This document shows, piece after piece, positions 8,364 to 17,859 of a stretch of DNA of 64,000 bases. Under the pieces are notes generated by a model. That model had not been told where the DNA came from, did no database searches, and saw only the letters and a program-made list of their open reading frames with translations. This DNA comes from a virus (taxonomy: Duplodnaviria; Caudoviricetes). Each line of letters begins with the position of its first letter. Position 1 is the stretch's first letter. The stretch covers positions 64,001-128,000 of the IMG/VR virus record IMGVR_UViG_3300042275_000327; one strand, 5' to 3'. The position numbers and the translations under genes were made by a program.

Positions 8364-10055
8364 TCAGATCATTAGCTTCGCCATAGAGACTAGAGCTGAA
8401 AGAGCAGGAGCTGGAATCGGAACTTTATCTGGATGTTGTTTAGCATTATCTAATAGTGTTTTGAAGTATATTTTATTTCCTATTAAATATTTTTCCATTT
8501 TTCCAGCAGGAGTATCTACAATAATACCACCATCATTAGTAAATCCAGAAACATGATCTCCAAAAATATGAGCTATGTGAGGAATCAAAATCTTTGAAAA
8601 CATCTTTGGAGGCATTTTAAATTCTTTCTTAGAGAGCTTTTCAAGCATCTTAGCTAGATCTAGAGTCATAACCCCCCAAATAGGAGAATTTCCAATCTCT
8701 CTTCTCATATCATGGAAAGCACCAATTATTTCTCTAGGATTTCCATATGTGGCATTTAGCTTATACATTCCGGATTTTTGCTTTCTAAGAGCTATTCCTC
8801 CAGTTGAGCTTCCAAAAAAGATCCATGAGTTAGCTCTTCCATCAAAATGTCCTCTATTCCATGAAGCTCCTGTTGCTTGTTTATATGAAAGTTCAAAAGT
8901 AGAAAATAAATCATCTTTTTCATTCTGTGTCAGAGAATTATAATAAAATGATTCATACATCTTAGTCAGAATATTCAACTGTATTTTACTCTCCTGTCTA
9001 CTTTGAAAAAAGTCAATAGGATCTTCTTTAGACATAATAGAGGTTCTATCATTAATATAGATTTCTCCTTTGTTCCAAGTTCCACCTCTCCAAGTCCCTC
9101 CCTTCCAAAGTCCATCTATCCAATAGCCAGAAAAAGTGCCTGAAAGAAAATTTCCATATTTCCAATTACCTGAAAGAAATTCACCTTTATGCCAAACACC
9201 AGATTCAAAAGTTCCTTGATTCCAGATATCTCCATACCAATGACCTTTTTTCCATGTTCCATCAATCCATTCAAAGGTTCCATCATCATGAATTTTAAAA
9301 GAAGCCTCTGACATCTTTGCTTGGAACAGCCATCTAAAATCTTTTTCTAATTTAGAAAGATCATAGTTATCAACTTCTATCCTAGTTACATCACCAGAAA
9401 ACTTATCAAGAGCAAATTCAGCAAGATTAGCTCGATTCAATACTTTATCAACTTTCTTTACAGGAAGCCATTCAGATATCAATTCACCTGTGCTAGAGTC
9501 TGTAAGAGCAAATTCATATGGAATAGCTGTTTCATGGCTGTAAAGAACAAGAACATTTCCATCATGATTTCCAGAAAAGACAATTCCTCTAACTCCTCTG
9601 ATCTGGCAGATTCCATTCTTAACATACTTTCTAACAAATTTATTCATTGCTACATCAGCAGAAAAAGTTGGAAGACTAAAAGTTTTTTCTAATTCATCAG
9701 ACCAATCATAGAGATCTCTAGGAATATCTAAAATGTCCCTATAGATTTTATAGTGTTTTATCAACTGTTCTCTTAAAGAGTATTCATTCCCAAAAACATC
9801 TTTTGCAACATTGTAGTCAAGAATCAATAAATTTTTAGGATTAATCTTACATTTAAGTAGACTATCTCCATAATGAGTCATTCTAGATCTTGTTTGAGAT
9901 GATAGATCATAGGTCAGATAAAAACCTTTTCCATAAGCATCTCCCCATCCTGGACGAAAACCTTCATCAATAATAGATTCGATATTTTCTTTTTTTGTTC
10001 TATGATAGGCAATATAAAAATTTTTTATTCTTGTTATGCTTTCTTCAATTCTCAT
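8364..10055 (-). CDS. Multidomain protein: PARP-like ADP-ribosyltransferase, W/G pentapeptide repeats, C-terminal domain
   Basis: YHRT...I..EGF.PG.G.AYGKGFYLT (H-Y ART signature); WxxG[TW] repeats at about 9060-9280. Confidence 0.7.
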   Translation of the reverse strand: MRIEESITRIKNFYIAYHRTKKENIESIIDEGFRPGWGDAYGKGFYLTYDLSSQTRSRMTHYGDSLLKCKINPKNLLILDYNVAKDVFGNEYSLREQLIKHYKIYRDILDIPRDLYDWSDELEKTFSLPTFSADVAMNKFVRKYVKNGICQIRGVRGIVFSGNHDGNVLVLYSHETAIPYEFALTDSSTGELISEWLPVKKVDKVLNRANLAEFALDKFSGDVTRIEVDNYDLSKLEKDFRWLFQAKMSEASFKIHDDGTFEWIDGTWKKGHWYGDIWNQGTFESGVWHKGEFLSGNWKYGNFLSGTFSGYWIDGLWKGGTWRGGTWNKGEIYINDRTSIMSKEDPIDFFQSRQESKIQLNILTKMYESFYYNSLTQNEKDDLFSTFELSYKQATGASWNRGHFDGRANSWIFFGSSTGGIALRKQKSGMYKLNATYGNPREIIGAFHDMRREIGNSPIWGVMTLDLAKMLEKLSKKEFKMPPKMFSKILIPHIAHIFGDHVSGFTNDGGIIVDTPAGKMEKYLIGNKIYFKTLLDNAKQHPDKVPIPAPALSALVSMAKLMI

Positions 10056-11611
10056 TAGAACTTTTTCCTTTTGACTTCTCTACCATAGTCTTTCAAAAGT
10101 CTCATACTTCTTTCTTGCCACACACGATCTGGAGAGCCTGCTTGTCTAGCAGCATGGCAATAGGTAAGACAGAAATTGAAAGCACGATAGTCAATATCAT
10201 TTACTCCAGGCATGATTGCTTCCACAAAGTCATAAACATCTTTTCTCATTTGATCAGTAATTGAAGAGATATCCTTATAGAGATTAAAAAGATTCTCTTT
10301 AATGAGCTCCAGCATTTCTTCTTTAGTGAAGTTAATCTCATGCATTACTCCAGAAAGTCTACTTTTAATAGCTGAATCCATCTGAACCTTATTAGAAATA
10401 AAAATCAATTTAGAATCAAAATCAAAGGATTCGTCTACAACATTTTGAGATCCAAAAATTTTAACAGGCTGGTTGATTTCTACTCTTCTAACAGGCTTCA
10501 TGTCAAGAACTTTCTTTAGCAAATTCACATTATCTTCATTATCAAAAATAGAATCATTGTCATCAATAATTATTACTTCATTTGTTCTATATTCATAAAG
10601 AGCCCAAAGAACTCTTGAATAAGCAGAAAGTTTTTCATCAATAATTACTGGTTTTATTCCTTCTTCTTTTAGTACCTCTCTAATAGTCTGAGTTTTACCA
10701 GTTCCTGGTTTTCCATAAACTAAAAGTCCTGGAAGAAGCTTGTCACCTTGAGCAATTCTTCTTGTGTCATCTTCCAGAGTTTGCATAATCTGCTTTGGTG
10801 AGATATCCTGAACAGAATCCCAAATCTCTTGTAACTCTTTAGTAGGAAGAATAACCTCATTAGAAGATGCAGGAGAGACTGAAATCGAAGGAACAGTGCT
10901 AGGATTTACACCGAACTGCGGATTTTCTGAAACTGCTTGTTGAACATTCCATTGAAGAGCTCCAGCAGTAATTTTTCCTTTTCTTGAATTAAAGGTTACA
11001 CCAATATAATCTAAAAAAGGTCTTGTCATTTTATCATAATCAAATCTTGAACTTTGAATATCTTTCAGATAATTAGGATTATCAGTAAGCCACTGTGTGG
11101 CCATATCCTTTAATGAAAGTCTAGCTTCTTTTAAAGCAGTCTTCTTCACTTTTACAGACTCATCATATCTTTCAAACTCACCTGTGATATAATCAGCTAC
11201 TTGATCAATTACTTGAACAATATTGAACCCATTAAGATCCAGTCTTTCAGTAGGATAATCATCTGTATTTGAGTCATAAAAATCAATTGACTCAAGAAGA
11301 TCACTTTTTCCTTTTAGGAAATTAAGTCTAAATGCTCTGTTTGGAGAAATATAGCCAAAATAAGTATCATAGGTCTTCCCCTCAATTTTCATAGGAATAG
11401 CTATTGATGAAATACCAATTTTAAATCCTGTTCTTTTTGAAAGAATAGAGGCAATCTTATCAATCATCTTTGAAGCCATCCCTGCTCTAAATGCTGCTTC
11501 TTTTAATCTCTTTTTATAATCTTCATCAAATCTTTTTATAGAGATTAGATCAATCTTCTCTTTTACTTTTGGAAGATCTTTTTTAAATTTTGAAATATCA
11601 ACAATTTTCAT
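10055..11611 (-). CDS. AAA+ ATPase with extended N-terminal domain
   Basis: Walker A GKPGTGKT, Walker B IIIDD, LIFISN sensor, AIKSR arginine finger. Confidence 0.8.
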   Translation of the reverse strand: MKIVDISKFKKDLPKVKEKIDLISIKRFDEDYKKRLKEAAFRAGMASKMIDKIASILSKRTGFKIGISSIAIPMKIEGKTYDTYFGYISPNRAFRLNFLKGKSDLLESIDFYDSNTDDYPTERLDLNGFNIVQVIDQVADYITGEFERYDESVKVKKTALKEARLSLKDMATQWLTDNPNYLKDIQSSRFDYDKMTRPFLDYIGVTFNSRKGKITAGALQWNVQQAVSENPQFGVNPSTVPSISVSPASSNEVILPTKELQEIWDSVQDISPKQIMQTLEDDTRRIAQGDKLLPGLLVYGKPGTGKTQTIREVLKEEGIKPVIIDEKLSAYSRVLWALYEYRTNEVIIIDDNDSIFDNEDNVNLLKKVLDMKPVRRVEINQPVKIFGSQNVVDESFDFDSKLIFISNKVQMDSAIKSRLSGVMHEINFTKEEMLELIKENLFNLYKDISSITDQMRKDVYDFVEAIMPGVNDIDYRAFNFCLTYCHAARQAGSPDRVWQERSMRLLKDYGREVKRKKF

Positions 11612-11626
11612 TCTTTTTTATTCCTT

Positions 11627-12346
11627 TTAATTTCTCAATATTGTAACTTTGCTTATAGCTTTCCATTTTTCCATAACTTTATCTTCTAGATCCTGAGATC
11701 TAGATAAGAATTCAGAAGTATTAAATTCTACTCCTACATCAGAGTTTAGCTGACTTCGAAGCATAGCAAAACCTTTTAATACATTTGACTTGGCTAGATT
11801 GATGACATCTGTTTTTCTTATGAAAGGAACATCATCAAAGTTGTTTGAGAATTTAGCCCAAGTAATAATCAATTCTCCATTGATAGTAGTATATCCTGTC
11901 AGTTTCTTATTTACAGTATCTACATCAAGTCTCTTCACTCTGATAGAGTTATTCACTGTCTTATTGAAAGATCTTTCTAGATAGGAAGCATCTCTTACTC
12001 CATAGTCATTTCCAGTTCCATACATATTGTATCCAGAAGTGGTCTGTTTGAAGTAAAGAGAATTGATAAATGGAGAAGAAGTTCTTCCATCACTTGTTAT
12101 AGATGTATTTATTCTAGCATCTATTACACCATAAGTGTTTTCATCTGGAAAGTCAATTGAAAAATCAGAAGCTACAAAAGTAGACTGAATCTCTGTCTTT
12201 GGGAACCAAGTGAAAAATAGTCTAAGTGCTGGAAAAATGAAATAATCTTCTATCTGTTGTTTTGTAAATTCTAAATCGTCTTGCTGTAAAACAGGATATC
12301 CTATCTCAGTCAAAATCTCATAATAGTCCTGGTCTGATATTATCAT
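11627..12346 (-). CDS. Neck/head-tail adaptor protein (gp13-like)
   Basis: EIGYPVL...LEFTKQQI N-terminus and size resemble gp13-type neck proteins; AACTATT upstream. Confidence 0.55.
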   Translation of the reverse strand: MIISDQDYYEILTEIGYPVLQQDDLEFTKQQIEDYFIFPALRLFFTWFPKTEIQSTFVASDFSIDFPDENTYGVIDARINTSITSDGRTSSPFINSLYFKQTTSGYNMYGTGNDYGVRDASYLERSFNKTVNNSIRVKRLDVDTVNKKLTGYTTINGELIITWAKFSNNFDDVPFIRKTDVINLAKSNVLKGFAMLRSQLNSDVGVEFNTSEFLSRSQDLEDKVMEKWKAISKVTILRN

Positions 12347-12375
12347 AGCTATTCCTCTATAGTAAAATAGTTATC

Positions 12376-13440
12376 TTACACAGAAAAATAGTTTTTATTA
12401 TAATCCTGAGACTCTATAAGTTCTGACTCATCTAACAAAAATTCTGTTGATTCTTTTGCTGTCTCTATAGCATTCTTAATTGTATCTAATGAATTTTCTG
12501 GAGATCCTGGATCACCATCTTCTAATCTAGCTATCCAATAAGGCTTTTCCATAAAATCATCAAATTCTTTTATCATCAATCTACCTGCAGAATCAGTGTC
12601 AGAAAAGATGATCACATGTTCAAATTCTTTTAGCTGTTCTTTCTGTCGAGGAGTAAGATTTATTCCAAATGTTGTTGTAATATTCTTAGTAATATTTTGC
12701 CATATCCTAGGCATATCCATGATTCCTTCCACAACAATCAAAGGTTCTTTCTTATTAAGATTATGATAATTGAATAAAGAAGAAACTGATCCACCTTTAG
12801 GATACAATACTTTTGGCTTTGCTCTCTTTGTGAAGTCTCTTCCCTCAATAGAAATCAGATCTGATCCTTCATAGATAGGAATGCAAATTCTATTTCTAAA
12901 TTTTGTAAACTCTAGATATGGATCTCTGAAAGAATCTTTGAAAGCTCTACAAATTTCAACACTAGTACAATAGCCTATCTCAAAAGTTTCTAGAAATTCT
13001 TCTGTTAGAAATCTCTCTTTTATATAGTCATTTGCTAATTGATTCTTTGAAAAATCATAAAGTATTTTTCCACCTCTGATTCTCAGTTCTTTCTCAAGAG
13101 ACTTTAGTTCTCTGACTTTCTCATCTTTAGAAAAATAGGTCTTATCAACGATTCCTTTTTTATCCATCTCAAGATATTTGATAAGAGAAGTTCCTGTGCA
13201 TCTATAAAAGAAATAAGAAAAAGAACCACTAGCATCTCCTCCAAAGTCTTTGCATACTAGAGAATTCTTATAGAGTACTGCTGATGGATTCTTGTCTTCT
13301 CTAAATGGAGAAGAGAATAAGAAATAAGATCCTTTATCTGTAATATTTTTTGCTCCACATTCTAAAAGAAGAGACTGGACTGGGGTAATCTGATTGATGA
13401 TGTCATAGGTCAGTGTTTTTTCTAATTCTCTATAATTCAT
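12376..13440 (-). CDS. DNA primase (DnaG-type, Toprim)
   Basis: SPFREDKNPS, RICIPI, EGR, VVEGIMD, DTDSAG, DPG. Confidence 0.85.
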   Translation of the reverse strand: MNYRELEKTLTYDIINQITPVQSLLLECGAKNITDKGSYFLFSSPFREDKNPSAVLYKNSLVCKDFGGDASGSFSYFFYRCTGTSLIKYLEMDKKGIVDKTYFSKDEKVRELKSLEKELRIRGGKILYDFSKNQLANDYIKERFLTEEFLETFEIGYCTSVEICRAFKDSFRDPYLEFTKFRNRICIPIYEGSDLISIEGRDFTKRAKPKVLYPKGGSVSSLFNYHNLNKKEPLIVVEGIMDMPRIWQNITKNITTTFGINLTPRQKEQLKEFEHVIIFSDTDSAGRLMIKEFDDFMEKPYWIARLEDGDPGSPENSLDTIKNAIETAKESTEFLLDESELIESQDYNKNYFSV

Positions 13441-13445
13441 ATTAT

Positions 13446-13988
13446 CTAGTCTACAAAAACTGTAGTGCTATTTATTCCTATAATCTCATTATCATAAATA
13501 TTCACTTTGAATCCTTCTTTTGTCTCAAATCTTGTATATCTAGCTGAGGATTCTTTTAGAAGCTGATCTGAATAATTTTCTCTTACATATTTCAAAAGCA
13601 AATTCTGTACCTCTACAAAAACTCTGACATCAGAATCATATTTCTTATAATGAGGAACAGGACTATATCCAAGAACAGTAACAACAAAAGCATGATTCTT
13701 TCCATCATCATAGATTCTATCTCTTCTCCAGTCAATCACAAGTCCTAAACCAGAGCCTTTAGAATAGATGACATAGTGACCTTTTTCATCATTATAATTT
13801 TTCATTATCTGATGCATTGTCTGAGCAATCATTAATTTATGTTTGTCTACATAAGCTTTTCTATTAGGAAAAATCCCTTGAATTGCTTTTTCTCTTTCAT
13901 AAGATCTCTCTATAGCATGATCAGTATCAGTCATAAAACGATCTCTATATCTAGCAAATGGCTTGTTTTCTTTCAGTAGAATTCTCAT
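13446..13988 (-). CDS. Hypothetical protein with THA.ER..ER motif (possible RelE/DUF4258-like fold)
   Basis: TDHAIERSYER...FVVTV; probable start MRILLKE at 13988 (TAATG overlap). Confidence 0.45.
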   Translation of the reverse strand: MRILLKENKPFARYRDRFMTDTDHAIERSYEREKAIQGIFPNRKAYVDKHKLMIAQTMHQIMKNYNDEKGHYVIYSKGSGLGLVIDWRRDRIYDDGKNHAFVVTVLGYSPVPHYKKYDSDVRVFVEVQNLLLKYVRENYSDQLLKESSARYTRFETKEGFKVNIYDNEIIGINSTTVFVD

Positions 13989-14173
13989 TATTCTTTTATT
14001 CTCCATATAGACAAAAATTCTTCAGCATTAGTAGAAAGATGATTTTTCCTGTTAACTGAAACTTGTATTCTTTCTACTTCTTCAAATTTTTCTCTTATTA
14101 AGAGTATACTCATATCTTCTAAAAATTTTCTAGATTTTTCTTCAAGTTCAGACCAAAGTATTTTCGTATACAA
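13988..14173 (-). CDS. Small hypothetical protein
   Basis: 61-aa ORF; stop overlaps next start; start codon uncertain. Confidence 0.35.
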   Translation of the reverse strand: MYTKILWSELEEKSRKFLEDMSILLIREKFEEVERIQVSVNRKNHLSTNAEEFLSIWRIKE

Positions 14174-14206
14174 AAAAGTCCCTGAATTTTACTTCAGGGA
14201 CTAAAA
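14172..14206 (-). terminator. Intrinsic terminator downstream of major capsid gene
   Basis: agtccctgaa/ttcagggact inverted repeat followed by a T tract on the minus strand. Confidence 0.8.
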
Positions 14207-14220
14207 CTTTAGAGAAAAAC

Positions 14221-15642
14221 TTAGATGTTAGTAAGCTTGATTCTCTGGAGATAGTTAGGTTGAAGAACCTTAGCATCACCAAAGTAAGCAAGACCAGTTT
14301 CTTTATACATCTCTTTGAACTCAAGTGTCTGAGTCTGATAAAGTGGGATCAAACTGCCAAAACTCACGGATACGTCTTCCGGAACTAATTCGTTCTTATA
14401 GATAGCCATGATCTCATCATTAGGAACAATAGAAGCAGGAACCTTGTAAACATCGATTCCATCCAATGTACCTTCACGATAAGCACCAACTTTTGGCTGT
14501 CTGCTAGAAACATCAAACCGTCTGTGAAGCTTGATCTGAGTGATAGCTCCAGGTCCACCAACCAACTTAGTGACTCCGCCTCTCTGTAGAGAATTATAGA
14601 TCAAGTCAGAAGCTTGGTCAATAGCCTTGTTGAAAGCTGTCATACGATCAATCTCAGGCTCACCAACAGCACCCTGAACATTGAAAGTTACAGGAGCATG
14701 TCCCTTTGCACTCTGGTAAGCTAGACGAATAGCATGGAAGTCAAGAGACTTCTTGAACTCATCAGCAGCACCACGAATAAGAGCATCTTCTGCGTCAATA
14801 TTGAGAGTAGTGTTAACCAACACTTCAGTCATCTTAGACCAGCTGACATACAACGGCCAAGGTTTTACTCTGAACTGATAGTCTCTAAGTTGCAACTCAA
14901 CTGAACCAATATCAGTGTAGTTGTTAGAAACTTCAGAATCATAGTGGTATTCAAGAGAAATAAGTCCACCAGAAGCAGGAGCAGCTGTGAAAGTAACAGT
15001 GTATTCACCAGTGGTGTAGTTGATAGTGTTAGTCCCAGAGGAATTGAGAAGAGCACCAGAAAGATTTCCAGCACCATCATCAGTAGCAATAGGAACATCA
15101 TCAACTAACAGTCTTACAGTATAAGGTCTGATAGGAGCATTGAGCAAGGTGTTGTCAAAAGCAACAGTAGAACCATCACCAGTACCAACAGTGTCAACCT
15201 CAATTTCAGAACCATACCTAAAAGCAGGTGATTCATGCATAACACCACCAGCAGTAGCACCACGTTTTGAAGCCTGATAAACAGGAGACAAGTAGTAAAT
15301 ACTATCTCTTGCAGTTTCCATAGCCCATTCTAAGAACAAGTCACCACGTACACTATTAGGATATCCAAGACGAACAATTCTCATCACATTTTCAGGAGTA
15401 GTTGCAAAGCTGTTAGAGATCTGAGTCTCAGTCAACTTACCAAGGTGATTCTCCTGGTTCTCAAGAATAATAGAAAGAGCACGTGCTTTGTTGACGTCCT
15501 TTTCCATGATCTTATCCATGTTCTCGCCGATCCCAGTTTTCTTTGACCACTTCTCAAAGAGCCGATCAGCATTTTCATTTCTCTGAGAGAGCATTTCATC
15601 TCTTTGCTCTTTCAGGATTGCTTCACGCATTTCTTTACGCAT
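14221..15642 (-). CDS. Major capsid protein (T4 gp23-like, HK97 fold) with beta-rich insertion
   Basis: ILENQE, IVRLGYPN, IYYL, GTLDG.DVYK patterns; start revised to ATG 15642 after AGAAGGA; strong terminator downstream. Confidence 0.9.
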   Translation of the reverse strand: MRKEMREAILKEQRDEMLSQRNENADRLFEKWSKKTGIGENMDKIMEKDVNKARALSIILENQENHLGKLTETQISNSFATTPENVMRIVRLGYPNSVRGDLFLEWAMETARDSIYYLSPVYQASKRGATAGGVMHESPAFRYGSEIEVDTVGTGDGSTVAFDNTLLNAPIRPYTVRLLVDDVPIATDDGAGNLSGALLNSSGTNTINYTTGEYTVTFTAAPASGGLISLEYHYDSEVSNNYTDIGSVELQLRDYQFRVKPWPLYVSWSKMTEVLVNTTLNIDAEDALIRGAADEFKKSLDFHAIRLAYQSAKGHAPVTFNVQGAVGEPEIDRMTAFNKAIDQASDLIYNSLQRGGVTKLVGGPGAITQIKLHRRFDVSSRQPKVGAYREGTLDGIDVYKVPASIVPNDEIMAIYKNELVPEDVSVSFGSLIPLYQTQTLEFKEMYKETGLAYFGDAKVLQPNYLQRIKLTNI

Positions 15643-15828
15643 ATTAAAATTCCTTCTTTTTGTAAACAAGATTTTGAGGGAGGGAACTTTAGAGGTATAT
15701 CTCATAAAATCTGTTTTCATGAGAAGAACTTTCAATATTTCATCTTTCATTTATGAACAGAGAAATAAAAAATATCCCTTACATATATAATAGTAAGGGA
15801 CAATTTAAAAACCTGTTTTTCACAAATT

Positions 15829-16680
15829 CTATACTATTCCGAATCCTGTTTTCTTTTTTAGATATAGAAAAGCCTTCTCTATCAGAGACTTAATATAAAT
15901 TCTATAAGCAAGCTCTGTCAATTCAGAAAAATTCACTCTTCTATTTCTATTAAAAGCTTTTTCTAAAGCTTCATCAAAATATATCTTTGGATTGAACTTT
16001 GATTCAAAAAACCATTTTTCAATATCATTAATCTTGGACACAGAGAAATCTTCTTCATTGTATTCTTCTGGATCAAAAGACATCTCTATGTCAAGAAGAT
16101 CAGGATCGTCAGATACAAGAATGTAGTCCCCACGAAGAATTCTTTCTTCTATTATCTTATATGCATTATACTGACAATCAGTTAGAACATAATTAGGAAG
16201 ACCAGACTCTGGCTTATATGACATCAGAGCTTTCTTTACTGCTTTCAGGTAATCAGTTTCACTTCGAAAAGTTTTTTCTTCTTTGTAGATAGAGATCTTG
16301 TCTCCTTTCTCAATTATGAAAATACCTTCTTTCTGTCTTACTGGAAAATCATCAGAAACAACTAGACTATCTATGGCATCAGAAATAATCTCTTCTGTCT
16401 CTTTTGTTCCTTCTTTTGCAGAGGAATATTCTTCAGGATCTATATCAAAAAGTAATCTTTGAAATTCATGAACATGAACCTTTTCTTCTTGAGAAGTGTG
16501 ACTGAAAAGCTTTCCAATAACAGAAGAATCTTTACCTAACAAATTCGCTATTCTATTATAAAGATTGATAGCACTTTGCTCTGCTGAAATTCCTATTCTA
16601 AGAAAATCTTCAGCAGTAGCGTTATCTAGATCTAACTCAGTTATGGCTTGTAAAACAGACTCATAAAGATTCTTTTTCAT
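15829..16680 (-). CDS. Ferritin/rubrerythrin-like domain plus LEKGD tag plus C-terminal domain
   Basis: EQSAINLY...EEKVHVHE di-iron-type motif; RQKEGIFIIEKGDKISIYKE. Confidence 0.7.
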   Translation of the reverse strand: MKKNLYESVLQAITELDLDNATAEDFLRIGISAEQSAINLYNRIANLLGKDSSVIGKLFSHTSQEEKVHVHEFQRLLFDIDPEEYSSAKEGTKETEEIISDAIDSLVVSDDFPVRQKEGIFIIEKGDKISIYKEEKTFRSETDYLKAVKKALMSYKPESGLPNYVLTDCQYNAYKIIEERILRGDYILVSDDPDLLDIEMSFDPEEYNEEDFSVSKINDIEKWFFESKFNPKIYFDEALEKAFNRNRRVNFSELTELAYRIYIKSLIEKAFLYLKKKTGFGIV

Positions 16681-16777
16681 TTTATTTCCTATACTTCATA
16701 AAGACATTTTTCATTGCTGATTTAGAATCATTCTCTCTTGTATATCTATTTTTCTCATGGTCTTTTTTATAGTCCTT

Positions 16778-17347
16778 TTATAAATAGTGCTTTTTTATAG
16801 AATTTGAAAAGTTAAAAAATAACTTATAAAGATCTATAGGAGATAGATTATTATTTGGTCCATAAACATCTAATAAATATGAAAGAGATTTTTGAACTTG
16901 CAAAGAATCTATAAATCTATATTTGAACTCATCAAAAAATTTATCAAGATCTCTATCTTGAGGACCTTTCATCTGTCCTATATATTCTTTTAGATCTTTT
17001 TCTAAAACTTGAATCTTATCACCCTTCTCCAAAATGATTTTCTTTCCATCTTGTTCAATTACTACTTCTTCTTGAATTTCAATTATAGAATCATGTATAG
17101 AGAAGCTTTCTTCTTTAATTCCAAAATTTTTTTGAATAGAATCCCAGATATCTTTATGCTGCTTTTTCAACTTTGTATAGATAGGTCTATCACCTGTTTT
17201 TCCACTCTTTAAAGTAGAAGCCACCTTTTCAAAATCTTCAGGTGAGACAAAAGAGTAGCTACTCATCCAAGACCCTTCATCTTCTCCGTTATATTTAATT
17301 TTTTTAGAATCTCTAGCAGTATAGATTCCAGGTTTAAATTGATCCAT
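16778..17347 (-). CDS. LEKGD-tag protein
   Basis: IIEIQEEVVIEQDGKKIILEKGDKIQVLE between two unrelated short domains; AACTATT upstream. Confidence 0.7.
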   Translation of the reverse strand: MDQFKPGIYTARDSKKIKYNGEDEGSWMSSYSFVSPEDFEKVASTLKSGKTGDRPIYTKLKKQHKDIWDSIQKNFGIKEESFSIHDSIIEIQEEVVIEQDGKKIILEKGDKIQVLEKDLKEYIGQMKGPQDRDLDKFFDEFKYRFIDSLQVQKSLSYLLDVYGPNNNLSPIDLYKLFFNFSNSIKKHYL

Positions 17348-17385
17348 TATGATCTCCTTTTTAGATTACAGTATGAGTTATATAT

Positions 17386-17859
17386 TTAAATAGTTATAAT
17401 CTTCTCAATAACTTCTCGAACACATCCCTTTCCACTTTCCAAATTTGTTCTCTTGACTCTTTCAAAATCTTTATTTACATACAGATCAATAATAGAGTTT
17501 TTTGGACAATAAGAAATTCCAGCTTCGAGAAGACACTGAAGATCAGAAAAGTCATCCCCAATATAAGCTGCTTCAGACCAAGAGAGATTTTTAGACTTCA
17601 AAAACTCAGAGATAGTGATGAACTTATCCTCTGAGTTTAGGAAATGGTCAATCTTTAATTTTATTGCTCTTTCTAGATGAGTCTGACAATTTTTCTCTTT
17701 AGTAATCCATACAGTTAGAATTCCTTTTTCTTTTAGTCTTGAAAAACCTTCTCCATCTATCTTAGAATACTGGATCATTGAATCACCAGAAGTACTCATG
17801 TAGATGTTTCCATCTGTCAATGTTCCATCAATGTCACAAATAAGAACTTTTATTTTCAA
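17386..17859 (-). CDS. KdsC/YrbI-type HAD phosphatase (KDO-8-P/KDN-9-P/NeuAc-9-P phosphatase-like)
   Basis: DIDGTLTDG, YIGDDFSD, GKGCVRE. Confidence 0.85.
   Translation of the reverse strand: MKIKVLICDIDGTLTDGNIYMSTSGDSMIQYSKIDGEGFSRLKEKGILTVWITKEKNCQTHLERAIKLKIDHFLNSEDKFITISEFLKSKNLSWSEAAYIGDDFSDLQCLLEAGISYCPKNSIIDLYVNKDFERVKRTNLESGKGCVREVIEKIITI

Noticed and set aside
15643-15750. 36-aa N-terminal extension of the capsid protein given by the ORF track
   Set aside because: A good RBS precedes ATG 15642 and the upstream part looks like a structured leader
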